A stretch of DNA of 63,843 bases, filler included, from Reclinomonas americana ATCC 50394 (lineage: Eukaryota), in NCBI GenBank assembly GCA_048213135.1. It is 8 parts of 5 records of this genome, joined end to end, with 100 filler letters (N's around TTAATTAATTAA, not from the genome) between each part and the next. Parts side by side here need not be neighbours in the genome. Positions count along the whole stretch, not along the records: positions 10,713 to 18,840 come from PS015575.1; positions 18,941 to 40,175 come from PS015576.1; 6 more parts are not named here. One strand, given 5' to 3'. The notes beneath the pieces were generated by a model, which was not told the origin of the DNA, ran no database searches, and was given only the letters and a program-made list of their open reading frames with translations. Numbering within the stretch: the stretch's first letter is position 1; each line of letters starts with the position of its first letter. Both the position numbers and the translations under genes were made by a program. Below, one piece after another: positions 11,727-25,312 of the stretch.

Positions 11727-14700
11727 TTATCGTACGGCGCGAGCCAGTGGCAGCATGCCGAGTGTCGGCTCTCGCGAGGCCGGCAGCGGCACCAGTCGAA
11801 CCAGGATGCTGCGGGTGGGACATGAGTGAGCGCGCGAGTGGAGACCTCCTCGGTGGATAGCGTGTGTCGGCTCACCGTTCTCCTACCGCCAGCGAAAAAT
11901 CGGTAATGCCATCGACAGAGACAGTGTGCGACTTGCGCGGCCCATCAAAGACGACTCGACGCAGGTGCGCCGCTTGCGTCGACGGCACAAACAGGCCTTG
12001 CACTCGTGGACAGCACTCCAGCGCAAAGCGCACTCGCAACGCCGACACCTCCACCACCACCTGTGCGCACGTTAGAGATGAGATGTGTGGATCGGGAATG
12101 AAATACACAGCTGCCGAACACGGCCAAACGCACCGCCACCTCCTCCACCGCCAGCCGACTGGAAATTGTCTGCAGATTCTGAGCATTCACCTTGCTGGTT
12201 GCCGCCTGCACAAGTTGTGCAACAGCCGTCGCGTGCGCGCAGAACTGCAGGGGTGCGAGGTGAGCGACTCGCGACGTGTGAGGTGCGCAATCTGGTTGGG
12301 GGGAGGTACCTCATCAACTGCAGCCTCATCCAAGTGCACGTCCAATGGGAGCGACAAGACGTCGCGTTTCAGTAAGCGGTGCACCGTCAGATCCATGTAG
12401 CTGCCAGCGACCAAGTCAGGGGTGAGTGAAAGAAAAGAGAGGTATGATGGCAGAGAGGAAACAAATACCGTCGCAGGGGCGCCACAAAGTGCGTGTGCGC
12501 CATGGTGTTCAGACCAACTGAGAGAAGAGCGACGTCAGGCACACAACGAATTCACACTCAAACATTCACAACGCAGCGCGCAACAGTGAATCCAGCGGTC
12601 GGTAGGTGTCGTGGCATCAAAGCGTGCCAAGGCGCACGGCGGAATCACCTTGGTGACATGAATACCGATGATCTACCACCGCGAACATCGATGTGAGCTC
12701 ACAGCTGGCCAGCACAATGTGCAACAATCATGGGACACACCATTGCCAGCGCCGGGTTCACCGTCATCGCAAACTCCATCTCGCGATGAATGGCACGCAG
12801 CAGCGTGTGCGCCGACTCCTGGTAAAAGGTGTGGTCCACCACCTCCAGGTCGAGCGGGAGTACCGGCATCTGTGTCCACCACGCGTAAGCAGTGAGTAAA
12901 TAATCATTAACCCCACTGTCGCGGTGGCGATACACACCTCCTCGTCACGGATCCTCAAACCGTAGCGACGACACAGTTCCGCCAGCCGCACCTGCTGCAG
13001 CGGAGCAATACTCGGTTGCACAGAGAGCGGACACAACTGCAAGCGCCGAGTCGGTGAGAACGTGTAGCGAACACGCAAAACGCGAAGAGAGACAGTGCCC
13101 ACGCCACCTTGCATCCAGTTTCCAACAGCCGCCGAGTGACCAACTGGTTAGCCACGAGAGCGCACTCGTCGATCGCGCGAGTTGCATCGAGCGTCTCGGC
13201 AGAGCGGAAACCGCGAGGCAAACCCTGCGCATCGAACGTCAACGCAATCTGCGGCACGTCAAACACTCGAGCATCTGCATGCACAACAAAAATCCAGACA
13301 ATCAGCAACCGTCGATGCAAGAGGAGTGGTGTGTGCAACAGACAGACCGCCTTGTTGCAAGCGGCGCAGATGGCGGGGAAGCATCAACTGGCAGAAGAGA
13401 CGAAGGAGCTCCGCCAGCTCGGCGGTGACGCCCGGAACATCGTCGTGCCCAGCCTGCAAGTTGCAGAGTGGGTCAGTCCAATAACTCACTGTCTCATGCA
13501 GGCTATCTCAAACACACAACGCACCATAACAAGCTGTGCTGCGTCGCGGGAAACCAACGATGTGGGTCGAATCACACACTGACCGAGCCACGGCGTATCG
13601 GGGCACACTTGCCCATCCAACGTCATGTACCACACAATGGAGAGGGTGAAGAAATCGCGATCAGTGCGCAGCGCGGCCATGTCCAGCACAGCCTGCGGCA
13701 GCATTTCTTGTTTCTACGCACACAAAGATGAGCACTGGGAATTCACACGCACACACATCTGCAAACACAAACCCTGTCGGACAGCTGGTACGTGCACACG
13801 CGCTTACGACACTCCAAATCCAACTCGGAGCCAGCCTCCACAAAGTGCGTAATGTCGGGCACATGAAGACCCTGCACAAACGTGTGTGAGCGAAAGACAG
13901 ACACTCAGGGAAGATATCTTTAGGCAAATGACGCAACAACTTCACACACGCCTGGGCGATCGGGCATCATGCGCAAGTGTACCGCTGCATCAAAGGGTGC
14001 CGCAAATGGCGGATTCTCAAACGCAAACAAGTGACCGCGCCCGCGCAAATCCAGACGACCCGCAAATTCTGGCAGCTGGTGGCGCATCACATGAGCGTCG
14101 TTGACAAGAGAACAATAAGAGGAAGCCAGAAGAGAACCTGTGCAGAAGAGGCAAGACGGCATGCTTCCGCGGTGAATGGCGGCAACGGCACTCGATTGGG
14201 TCCAGTCGGCAACGCACACGAAGCAAGCACCGCATTGAACTGCACCTCCGGATCCGACTGCGAGCCTGCACATTCATCGGCGCGATTCAGCAACGGCTTT
14301 CAGCGTGGCACAAAACAAACAATGTTACCACACACCAAACACTGCCACCAACTTGCCCCGTGGATGCTTTCTGTTCTCCGGCCAGTCCGCAATCTGCACT
14401 TGCACCATCGTGCTTGCCGTCCTGCGCAACAAAACAGTGAGCATCAGTGTGACGGCGACAAACAGCCGTCCGAGAAAACGCAACAGCGGCTGCTGCACGG
14501 CCCCATCCACTTCCACATCCACCAACGGCAACGAACGATCCGACGGCACCATCAACAACCCACTGCGCGACACGATCAGAGTCTGGAACGCAGCCAGCAA
14601 ACGAGGAGAAAAAGTCTCTGAGTCGCAACTCATGCGAGCGGAATCGCTGCATCACACCCACTGCAATCACTGGCGCCAGTCGGTTCACGGCCACCACGCG

Positions 14701-17700
14701 GCCCACCGGTACACGCTGGAATCCGGGCGGAGGAATCACTCGATCTGAGGGGAAGAAGGACGTGTGAGTCTCAGTAGCAATAAATCAACAGGTTTGCAGC
14801 GCACAGCAAGACGTAACCGAGCTCAGACACAATATGCACACGTCGGGGGACAGCCTGCAGACACTTGTGTGAGTAGCACACAACGCCAAACACACACGCA
14901 CAGTCCCTCCGCGTCTCACCTCATCTGCCTCCTCATCCAAAAACAAATCCCCGTACACGCCCATCGGTTCACACGACTCATTGGTCGACTCCTGCGGGCG
15001 ACAACACGTCGTCAGTTTCACCGCCCAACAGCCGCACATGATGACGACAACAACGACGGCCATGACTCACCGGCACAATAGCCTCTTCGCCACACAAGAA
15101 CACGTGCACCTCGTCGCCGCGCACGGCACGGTTTGCATGCACCAAGTCCGGCAAAAGGACACGCGGAACACCTTCTTCAGCAAATTCCACCCACCGTGAA
15201 TCCGTCGACACCACACCCTTCAGCACCGTGCTCAACTGGCGGACGGAGAGAGAGGGAGAGAGGAAGTGAGCGGGTGCGAGAGACGATTGGATGGGACAGC
15301 AAGACACAGCGCTGTCAAACCTCCAGGCCCTTGCTGAGTACACTAGCGGGCAAATACTTGACGTATCCGGTCAACGGATCCTTCATCTCCTCCACACAAT
15401 GTGCCACCTCACCACGCATCGAATTCAACACCACCCAGCCACGCACCAGCCGGTCAAACTGCAGCAGACGAGAGTGCGATTCAGAATCACAACATAATTG
15501 GATAAGCATGTGCATGGGGAACACGTACCTCCTCCACCGTGGACGGACGGTCCAAGCTGACCACCGATCTCATCGCCATGCACTGATACGCCATGTCCAT
15601 CTGCTTTGAACGCATCTCTTTCAACTCGCGCTGCAGCGAGGCCACCACATCTTGATAGTACTGTTTCGCAGTGGTGTAAGCCGCACTGTCACATACACAC
15701 ACACACGCTTCGTGCGAATGCAGGTGGCGCACCTTTTCGGATCGCGCCAGCTCCTGCTGTACGACTTGGCTCGCGCTCGCCGGTGACTTTGGTACTGCGA
15801 CAGCTTGAATTTGCAAGTAAGTACGGTGGGCGGATTCATGTCAGCGCGGCGCACCACGTATAAGTTACCTTGCACAAGATGCATCGCGTGCTCCACGTCA
15901 CTGGCAGCGGCACGTAGAACCGACTGCTGCGCACTCGGCACCTCGGTCGCCACGGACGAGAGTCCACGAAGCGCTCGCTGTACGCGAATGGCGCAGTCAG
16001 ACGAGGAGCATGTCATGCATGCGACGGAATCTGCTGCGTTACCTGCAGCAGCGCCACAAGTCCCTCCGCCATTGCTGGAGCACCACCACCTCCATTGGTC
16101 ACCGGCGGTTGTGTCGCAGCAGCAGTGGCAAAAGAAGCGCCACCCAAAGACATCTGCGTAACCTTCATGATGATGATGCCGAAAGAGTGGGAAGAGAAGA
16201 GCAGACTGCGCTTCGCGCGACTCACCGGCACCGGTGACATTGCTGGCGGCGTCAAGCCTGTGACCGCAGCCATGTTGGCACTACCCGCCATACCGGCACC
16301 AGCTACACGTGTATATCGCGAATGAGTAACGTGAGGCTTCGTTGCTATTCACGTCTCTCGCACTCACCACTCGGCGACACAAACGCGTCGTTTGCTGTTC
16401 GAGCACAAACAGGGTGAGCGTTGCGGAACTCAAAAATGCACGTGCATAATGACACTCAACGAGACTGCTGCGGACGGATCTGCGGCGAGGATGGATTGCT
16501 GTTTGTCTGCTGCACGTGTCACTTGTGAGTCTACAACACGATCGCCACCCCTCGCGAGCAACAAGCAACTCAATCAAACGCGCACCATCGACGAAGCATC
16601 GGCGCCACCACCTGCCACCTCTCCCAACATGGACGACACACGCTTCTCCACCACCGGCGTCACCACCGGACGAACCACTGCTGCCGGCTTTCGCGCTGTC
16701 GCACCCACTCCACCGACCGCTGCCGGAGGTTTACGAGCCACCCGCACCACCTCACGAGCCTGCAGGGCCAGCAAATTTGGACGCTGCGGAAGAAGCAGAA
16801 CATGTTGTCAGAGCATGAAGTAATATCGATACACACACAGTAACGCGACGCAACATCCATGTGCACAATTCGGAATCGCACTTCCTTGCCATTCATCTGA
16901 TCCGGCGTCACACCCGTCACCGAGCCATTCTCGAGATGATCCCACGGAAAGTAGATACCAATCTTTTGATCCGCCGCTGTGTCGCACAAATATTTCACAC
17001 ACAATAAAAAAGCAGGGCCAGAAAACATGTCGGTGTACGTACCAACATAGGGCGCCACCACACGCTCGTACTCGGGATTCACAATAAAGCCGAACTGCCC
17101 GGGTTTACAATCCAGCAGGCGCCCAACATGCTCCGAGTGCACCGGAAACGTCACACGCAGCTTCTCATCCAGCGACATCTTCTTGTTTGCTGCACCCTTG
17201 CCACCAGCACCACCCGCCACCGCTGCCGCCGCCGAGCGACTCGACTTGTCGCTCCACGGCTGCGCAAACACCTCTTCTTCAGTCAACTCGGCAATTTCCG
17301 GTCCCTGAGAGAGGTGTGAGTCTTGGTGGCACCAAACACGTCCGTCCCCATTACACGCACACACACACACCTCCTGCCACAGCCGCTCCCCTGGCACTGC
17401 CGGATGAGCGGCATGCGGATCGCTCCCTTGTCGCTTCCGCTGGTCACGCCCACCATTCCGTTGCAACGTCCCACTGGCCCACTCCTGCAAATCCGAGTCG
17501 TCACCCGACACGTGCTTACCGCCCTTGGCCTTTGCATCCATCGCCTTTCCGCCACCGCCACCACCATTCACATCATGATCTGCATCCACCNNNNNNNNNN
17601 NNNNNNNNNNNNNNNNNNNNNNNNNNNNNNNNNNNNNNNNNNNNNNNNNNNNNNNNNNNNNNNNNNNNNNNNNNNNNNNNNNNNNNNNNNNNNNNNNNNN

Positions 17701-19799
17701 NNNNNNNNNNNNNNNNNNNNNNNNNNNNNNNNNNNNNNNNNNNNNNNNNNNNNNNNNNNNNNNNNNNNNNNNNNNNNNNNNNNNNNNNNNNNNNNNNNNN
17801 NNNNNNNNNNNNNNNNNNNNNNNNNNNNNNNNNNNNNNNNNNNNNNNNNNNNNNNNNNNNNNNNNNNNNNNNNNNNNNNNNNNNNNNNNNNNNNNNNNNN
17901 NNNNNNNNNNNNNNNNNNNNNNNNNNNNNNNNNNNNNNNNNNNNNNNNNNNNNNNNNNNNNNNNNNNNNNNNNNNNNNNNNNNNNNNNNNNNNNNNNNNN
18001 NNNNNNNNNNNNNNNNNNNNNNNNNNNNNNNNNNNNNNNNNNNNNNNNNNNNNNNNNNNNNNNNNNNNNNNNNNNNNNNNNNNNNNNNNNNNNNNNNNNN
18101 NNNNNNNNNNNNNNNNNNNNNNNNNNNNNNNNNNNNNNNNNNNNNNNNNNNNNNNNNNNNNNNNNNNNNNNNNNNNNNNNNNNNNNNNNNNNNNNNNNNN
18201 NNNNNNNNNNNNNNNNNNNNNNNNNNNNNNNNNNNNNNNNNNNNNNNNNNNNNNNNNNNNNNNNNNNNNNNNNNNNNNNNNNNNNNNNNNNNNNNNNNNN
18301 NNNNNNNNNNNNNNNNNNNNNNNNNNNNNNNNNNNNNNNNNNNNNNNNNNNNNNNNNNNNNNNNNNNNNNNNNNNNNNNNNNNNNNNNNNNNNNNNNNNN
18401 NNNNNNNNNNNNNNNNNNNNNNNNNNNNNNNNNNNNNNNNNNNNNNNNNNNNNNNNNNNNNNNNNNNNNNNNNNNNNNNNNNNNNNNNNNNNNNNNNNCT
18501 CGTCGAGCTGCAGCAGCGGCCTCTGTGGTGTCCACCAATAAGCTGCTGACCAAGAATACGTTTGCACTGTTGGATGATTCCGATTCGGGTTCGGCCGACG
18601 ACGATGGTGGCGATGTTGGCGGTGACGATGACGAGGAGGAGGAAGAGGGCGATGATGGTGATGAGGATGATGGCGCCGACCGCGGTGGTGCCATNNNNNN
18701 NNNNNNNNNNNNNNCAGCCGCCAACACACCCGGCGCCGGTGCCGGTGCCGGTGCCGCCGCTGACGTGGTGGTGGTCACCGCACCTGTCGGCGACGACACC
18801 TCACGCTCACCCGCCGCCGCAACGCTCGACGACGACGCCTNNNNNNNNNNNNNNNNNNNNNNNNNNNNNNNNNNNNNNNNNNNNTTAATTAATTAANNNN
18901 NNNNNNNNNNNNNNNNNNNNNNNNNNNNNNNNNNNNNNNNGCGACGCGGATCCACCCACCGCCTGCCTCACATTGACGGCCACCATGGGATCCCGATCAC
19001 CGAATTGCTGCTCCCGGAGAAAAAATACATGAGAACAGGGAACAACGCACACACACACATACACACAGACACGCACCGGTGCCGACGGATAATGGACATT
19101 GAAGAGCACCGGGTCTCCGCGCTTGAGGCGCACCTCGGGCGGCACCTTGAGCTCATTCTGCGCGAAAAAGATGCCCTTGTGTCCATCGCCCGTCACTCGC
19201 TCCCAGTCCGGATGGAACAGGAAGCCAAATCCAAGCCCAATGCCCGCATATCGCGACATTAGCGTGCCCGTCTGTTTGTTGTTGTTGTGAGCACGGGCGA
19301 GAGAGAGAGAGAGAGCACAACGAAACGCACACGCGCAAACCATTTCAGCACCCTCGTGAAACACCTCTTTCAGCTTGGCCACGTTGAGCACACGCTTACG
19401 CGGCGCCTGTGCGTTGTTAAACACAACAGTGTGNNNNNNNNNNNNNNNNNNNNNNNNNNNNNNNNNNNNNNNNNNNNNNNNNNNNNNNNNNNNNNNNNNN
19501 NNNNNNNNNNNNNNNNNNNNNNNNNNNNNNNNNNNNNNNNNNNNNNNNNNNNNNNNNNNNNNNNNNNNNNNNNNNNNNNNNNNNNNNNNNNNNNNNNNNN
19601 NNNNNNNNNNNNNNNNNNNNNNNNNNNNNNNNNNNNNNNNNNNNNNNNNNNNNNNNNNNNNNNNNNNNNNNNNNNNNNNNNNNNNNNNNNNNNNNNNNNN
19701 AGTGAGTGAGCGCGTGGGAGAGTGTAAGAATGAGTGTTGCTTTTACAACACCTCTTTGGCGACCGGACCCCAAGGTTTGATGTTGCTCCGTTTCTCCAT
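11727..19799 (-). CDS. Dis3/RNase II (RNB) family protein, predicted pseudonuclease, with two extra N-terminal cold-shock domains
   Basis: Dis3-type CSD1 (ANRAVRGDEVHV) and CSD2 (MVPSDRSLP...IADWPENRKHPRGKL); RNB (RLDLRG...[41 protein letters not shown]). Upstream CSD-like exons GFGFLF...GIFF...GDPVLFNV...AVNV (~18960-19270) and QFGFIV...GIYF...EVRFRI...QAREV (~16750-17130). The start at 19799 and the linkage across N gaps are tentative. Confidence 0.7.
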
Positions 19800-19962
19800 C
19801 TCAGTTGCTGCACAATCGCATGTCAGGCACACAAAGCAGGAGAGGGAGGAGAGGAGGGAGAGTATGGTCTCGCACACCGCAATGGTCAGACTCAGTGGAA
19901 ATTTCGTGGTGATGATGAATGTCGGCCTCGTCCATCAATCACGCAAAAAACGAACTCAAATA

Positions 19963-22900
19963 ATGCGCGGGGGCGCGGCCTTTGTGTGTCTCCTGCTTGC
20001 CACACTGGCGCTGCTTGCGGCGAGGTCAGTCCACCAGCACGCTCACCAGCACACACACACACTCCACGCACAGACAGCGACAGTGTGTGACGTGTGCGAC
20101 GCCACGTGGGCGATCTAAGAGAGAAAGAAATGAGAAAAAAACGACGCGTGCCACCACTCATTAACACTCACTCATTTGCACAGCAGCAGTGTGGCAGTCG
20201 TTGAAGCCGACAGCGATGCGGTGACTAGCGCAACACAACAACAGCCACCGCCGCCATCATTAGAGAAAGTGGAGCTTTCAGCAGTTATCGACAAGAATGA
20301 TGATCCATCGACAGCATCATCGTCGTCGTCGTCGTCGTCGTTTGATGACGCTGATGCCGATGGGCTGTTGCCATCGGCGCCTTCCTCGTCTGTAACCGAC
20401 GTTGTTGTCGATGTCGTGGAGAGGGGAGAGGAGGAAGAGGAGGAGAAGACCAAGGACGACGGTAATCAGAGTGAACTTGAGGCGGTATGTGTGTGCGTCG
20501 TGCGTCTTGTGTGTCTGAGTGTGTGCTCATTGTCGTCATTGGCGTCGTAGGCGAGTGTGGAGGTGGAGAAAGAAGAGGTCTCTTGTTTGTTTATTGATTC
20601 GGCGTGTGTCTTTTTTTCTTTTGAGTATTGACGACGATTTGTGTAGGTGGTGGTGGTGGGAGGGACCGCTTCCAGCGCAATATGGGCGGTGGTTGATCCC
20701 GAGACGATTGTCATTGGTGGTAGTAGTAGTGGTAGTGGAAATAGTGGTAATGCGAGCGACGGTGGCGACGCTGTGGAGGACGGTGCTCAGGGAACAACAG
20801 CAGCGGAATCCGAACATGGGTCCGAGGGCGGTGGTGCTGCGACGATCGACGAGGCGACTGGTGCGCCCAGTGGTGGAATCTCTACGCCAGTGTGTGTGCC
20901 AGGTGCGCGATTGGCGGTGGTGCGAATGTCGGTTGGACTCTGCGGACTGACGTGGTTTCATTTGGCACAGACACGGACGGAGCGTGTCCGATGACCGACG
21001 CCGAAATCGTGGCCTCGTTGACCGACACAGCTGGCGACGCCGTGACGGCCGCTGGCAGTGCTCTGGGTAGCGCGAATGGAGAAACTCTCGCCGCCGAAAT
21101 TGCGGCGCTTGTCGATGGGGAGAATAATGATGCGGAGGTTGCGGAGGGAGACAGCTCGTGGTTGAAGGAGTCGGCCGCTTCGTCTGCGCCTGTTGCGGAC
21201 GCTTCGGCGGCGACTGCTGCCGCCGCTAGCAATGTCGCCCCAACCGATGCTGCGGCTTCTGCCACCGGCGATGGTGCTCGTGAATCGTCGACGACCGCGG
21301 CCGCGGATGCAGGTGAAGGCGAGCAGAGCGATGCCAGCAGTGGCCCCGGGACACCGGAGGAGATTGACATTGCAAACGACACGCAAGACGGTCCCGGTGC
21401 GCCGAAGCTGTCGGCCGCCGAGATCCCTCTGCCACCCGTGCCGCCAAACGAGAACGAAACTCGGTACGTGGTTTTTTGGGAAGGTTTTGGTGCTCATCTG
21501 CCAACGATGACCACTCATTCTCCACCTCCAGTTTGTTCAACTACGCAGCGTCGTCGGTGGGCGCCAAGGTCCTTCGTGCGAGCGCCGAGACCAAGGTCGG
21601 TTCTCTCTCAGTGATATTGGGGAGTGTCGCTGGCACTGACACACATCGCGCGCAGGGCGCCTCTAAAATCCTCAACGATGACCAAGACCAGTACATGTTG
21701 ACGCCGTGCGATCTGCCGGACAAGCATGTGGACATTGAGTTGTCGGAGGAGGTGATGCCGAGCGATGTGGAGATGGCGAACTTTGAGTACTTTTCGTCCT
21801 CGGTGCGACAGTTTCGCATTCTCGGAAGCCAGCGGTGAGTACTGTGACAGCAGCGCCATGCCAGCCAGCTGATGCTGATTTCGCGCGCGCCGCAGGTATC
21901 CGTGTGATCAAGCACGTGGATGCCAGTGGCACATCCTCGGCACGTTCGAGGCAGAGAATTCGCGCAATGTGCAGCGCTTCTCCGTGCCGCAAGCAACCTC
22001 GATTTGGGCCAGGTTTGTGCGTGTGTGTGTGTGGACATTCTACTTTGCGATCTGTGGCACTCACACGCGCACGCGTAGGTATATCCGACTCCAGTTGCTG
22101 TCACACTACGGCAAGGAGCATTACTGCACGCTGACGACGTTTCGTGTGTACGGCTGGAATCTGATCGAGGATCTCAAGTCCGACATTAGTCAGGATGCCA
22201 CCCAGGCCGAGGTGCAGTGGCGCGCCGTTCGACCATGTTTTCTTTGAATACGTTGCTCATTTCGTATGTGTGTGTAACTGCGCAGCCGTCCATGTCGTCG
22301 GATCTCGATCCCATTATGGATGCCGCTGAGGCTCCGAGCGACATCAAGCGCATCTTGCAGCAGCTGGAGGAACTGCACACCGCGAATAGTGACATGCAGC
22401 ATCTGGAGGGTGTGCTGAAGCTTGCCACGGAGGTTACCGAGGCTGCCCCGGCCGCTGTCGCCGCCTCCACTGCAGTGGAGGAGGCGGAGCCTGTGGAAGA
22501 GGAGGTGGTGTTGCTGTCCACCGTGCCGACTGCCGTCGGTGTCGGAGCGCCTGTCCATGAGATCGCAGTCGTCGCCCCGGCTACTACAGCGACGACAGCC
22601 ACGGCCACGGCCACGGCCACGGCCACCGCTACGGACTCTGCAACAGCCACGCCGACTCCCACTGCTGCCCCTGCTGCTGAAGAGGTGAAGCCAGCGGCGG
22701 CGGAAGCTCCCGCTACTACGGACGCCGCTCCTGCCACACCGACCAGCGACGCACCAGCTTCGACTGACAGCGAGTCGGTGCCGCCGGCGACTGCTGTCGC
22801 TGCTGGAGCGGCACCGACTGTCGCGAAGCAATCAGCAAGTGAGACAACAGCGCCGACTCCCGCGAAGCAACCAGCAAGTGAGACAACAGCGCCGACTTCC

Positions 22901-25252
22901 GCGAAGCAACCAGCAAGTGAGACGACGGTACTGACTGCCGTCAAGCAAGTTGCAAGCGAGACACCGGCGCCGACGGCCACGAAGCAATCTGCAAGTGAGA
23001 CGACGACGACGTCGACTCCTGTCAAGCAATCTGCAAGTGTGGCAAAGGAGGCCGCGTCCGCAGAAACTGCACACGCCGCCGCCGCCGCTGCTGCCGCTGC
23101 TGCTGCTGTTGCCGTCGAAGACGGTGAGACCGCTGCGGAGACGACGACACCAGCCGAGGCTGTCGCGGAGCCAGCGGTGGAGACAGCGACTGTCGCTGCC
23201 GAGAAGTCTACTGCGGACGCACCTGGAGAGTCATCGGCGGCGGCGTCCTCTGCCGTCGAACCAGTTGCTTCAGAAGCCGACAACTCCACTGCAGCGCCTG
23301 TCGCGTCGCCTGCGGCTGATAGCAGCAGTGCGCCATCAGCAGTCGACGACCTGACGGCGGAGGTTGTTGTTGTGCCTCCTTCTAGCATGACGGAGAAGTC
23401 TGCCACTTCCACTGGTCGCCGAAGTGCGGCTGCGGCCGATTCGCCGTCGGCTACTGCTGCCGACGCGCGTGCAGATTCAGCGCCTCCGTCTATCGATGCT
23501 GCTAGCGTGGAGGAGACCCCTGCAGCGGCACCCGAGCTGCCATTGGCGACGGAGACAGTTGAGGCGACGGCACCTGTCGCCGTTCCTTCCGCTGCTCCCG
23601 CTGCCTCGGATTCCGATGCCAGTGAGGAACGCACGGAGGAAAAAGCGACCACCACCACAAGCACCGCCGCTACCGCTGCCGTGGTCGACGAGTCTGCCGC
23701 AGCGGCAAAGTCGGCAAGTGAGGAGGTGCATTCAGCGCAGGAGTCGACGACAACCACAACAGATGCGACTGCATCCTCTGCCGAGGAGCCATCAAGTGCC
23801 GACACGCCGACGGCGGAGTCATCAACTGCTGCGCCGGAGGGTTCTCAAGCTGTGCCGACGGCGAGTGCTGAGACGACGACAAGTGAGTCGCCGGCTACGC
23901 CTGTCGAGGCTCCGCAGGAGGCAACGGTGGCCGCCACGACGACTGCAGCACCTGCAACTCCAGCAGCTGCAGCTCCTGCCGCGTCAGCCACGCCCTCAGC
24001 GCCACCGGCACCGGAGAAGACGGCACAGTCAGCACCTTCATCATCTTCACCGCCGCCACCACCAGTCCCGCAGAGCCATGCGGCCGCCACCAACTCCACG
24101 TTGGTGCATGTGGTGGTGCCGCCGATGTACCACCCCCCCATGGCGGTGGCCGCGAGTGCACTTGGCACTCCACCGGCACTCACGCAAGGCTTGCCGCCGC
24201 TGGCTCGAGTCCTCGCGAAGCCTCCGTCAAGCAAGGACGGCGTGTTCAAGATGCTCACCGCCCGAGGTACGTCCCTTCATGCATCATGCGTTTTATTCTT
24301 GTGTGTCTCACTCCTCCTCCTCCCACAATGCGCAGTCAAGGCGCTGGAGACTCTCAGCGAGCACTACCTCAAGGCGCTGGTCGATCTCAACAAGGTCGTG
24401 CGCAGCTCGAGCCAGGCCAGCGTCGCTCGCGTGGTGGTCGACTTGACGAAGCGCATTCAGTCGCAAGAGAATAAGCTGGACGACCAGAAGCGCAGCCTCT
24501 CCAAGTCACACGATGCACTGAAATACCTTTCCCGCGTCCTGGATGCCTCGGAAGAGCGCTGGAAGCGTCGTGTGGAGGAGCTGCAAGTGCAGCAGCGCGT
24601 GTTTTTCGTGTGGACCATCCTGGCGTGTGTGGTGACGGCCGTGGCCGTCACACTCATCATCATGTTCCTCATGTCGTTTTCGTGGACGTTGCGTTGGTCA
24701 TTCATCACTTGTCTTCTCTTTGCCACATCCTCTCTCTCTCACTCACGCACATGTGTGTTCCATGCGCGCAGTCGCCGCAGGCTGGGTGTACTGACCGACG
24801 TGTCGCCACCGACACCCATCGATCTCGACTGCCTGCCGCCTGGTACGCCAGTGGACCACATTCCACTACCGTCGCCGGGACACCGCAGCGTGATTCCACG
24901 ATCGCCCAGCGCCGCCAGAAGTGCGACTCTCTCTTTTTCTCTCCATCATTTCCCTGCTGCTGACGGCATGTGCACAGTGCTGGCATACGCGCAGGATGAG
25001 TCGGCGAACGACGGCAGCAGTACGGGCGCCACCGACACGGGAACTCCCGCGCCGCTACCCTCCACCCAATTACAAAAGCTGGGTCACATGTCGGAGACCA
25101 CGTCTCCGCAGAACTCGCCGCGCGTTCGCTTCCCCGCATCGCCGGTCAACAACAACACGCTGCTGTCGCAGCTGGCGCAGCGACAAAAGGCTCAATTACT
25201 GACTGCCGGCTACGGCGCCAGTAGGCGGCGGCACAGCATGTCGACTTACTAG
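19963..25252 (+). CDS. Mid-SUN domain ER membrane protein (SLP1/SUCO-like)
   Basis: Signal peptide MRGGAAFVCLLLATLALLAA; SUN domain FNYAASSVGAKVL...KILNDDQDQYMLTPC...IELSEEV...ANFEYFSSSVRQF...YIRLQLLSHYGKEHYCTLTTFRVYG; Ala/Thr/Glu-rich linker; coiled coil; TM segment VFFVWTILACVVTAVAVTLIIMFL. Confidence 0.85.
22820..23040 (+). repeat. Coding 39-bp tandem repeat (KQ[P/S]ASETTAPT[P/S]A), about six copies
   Basis: Units of gcgaagcaaccagcaagtgagacaacagcgccgact are visible in the SUN-protein linker. Confidence 0.85.
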
Positions 25253-25312
25253 CCCCCCTCTTAAACAAGACTCTGTTTTTTTGTGTGTACACTACTAATA
25301 CAACAACGCGAA

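Noticed and set aside
22186..23805. 539-aa antisense ORF opposite the SUN protein
   Set aside because: Shadow ORF of a GC-rich Ala/Thr/Ser low-complexity exon.
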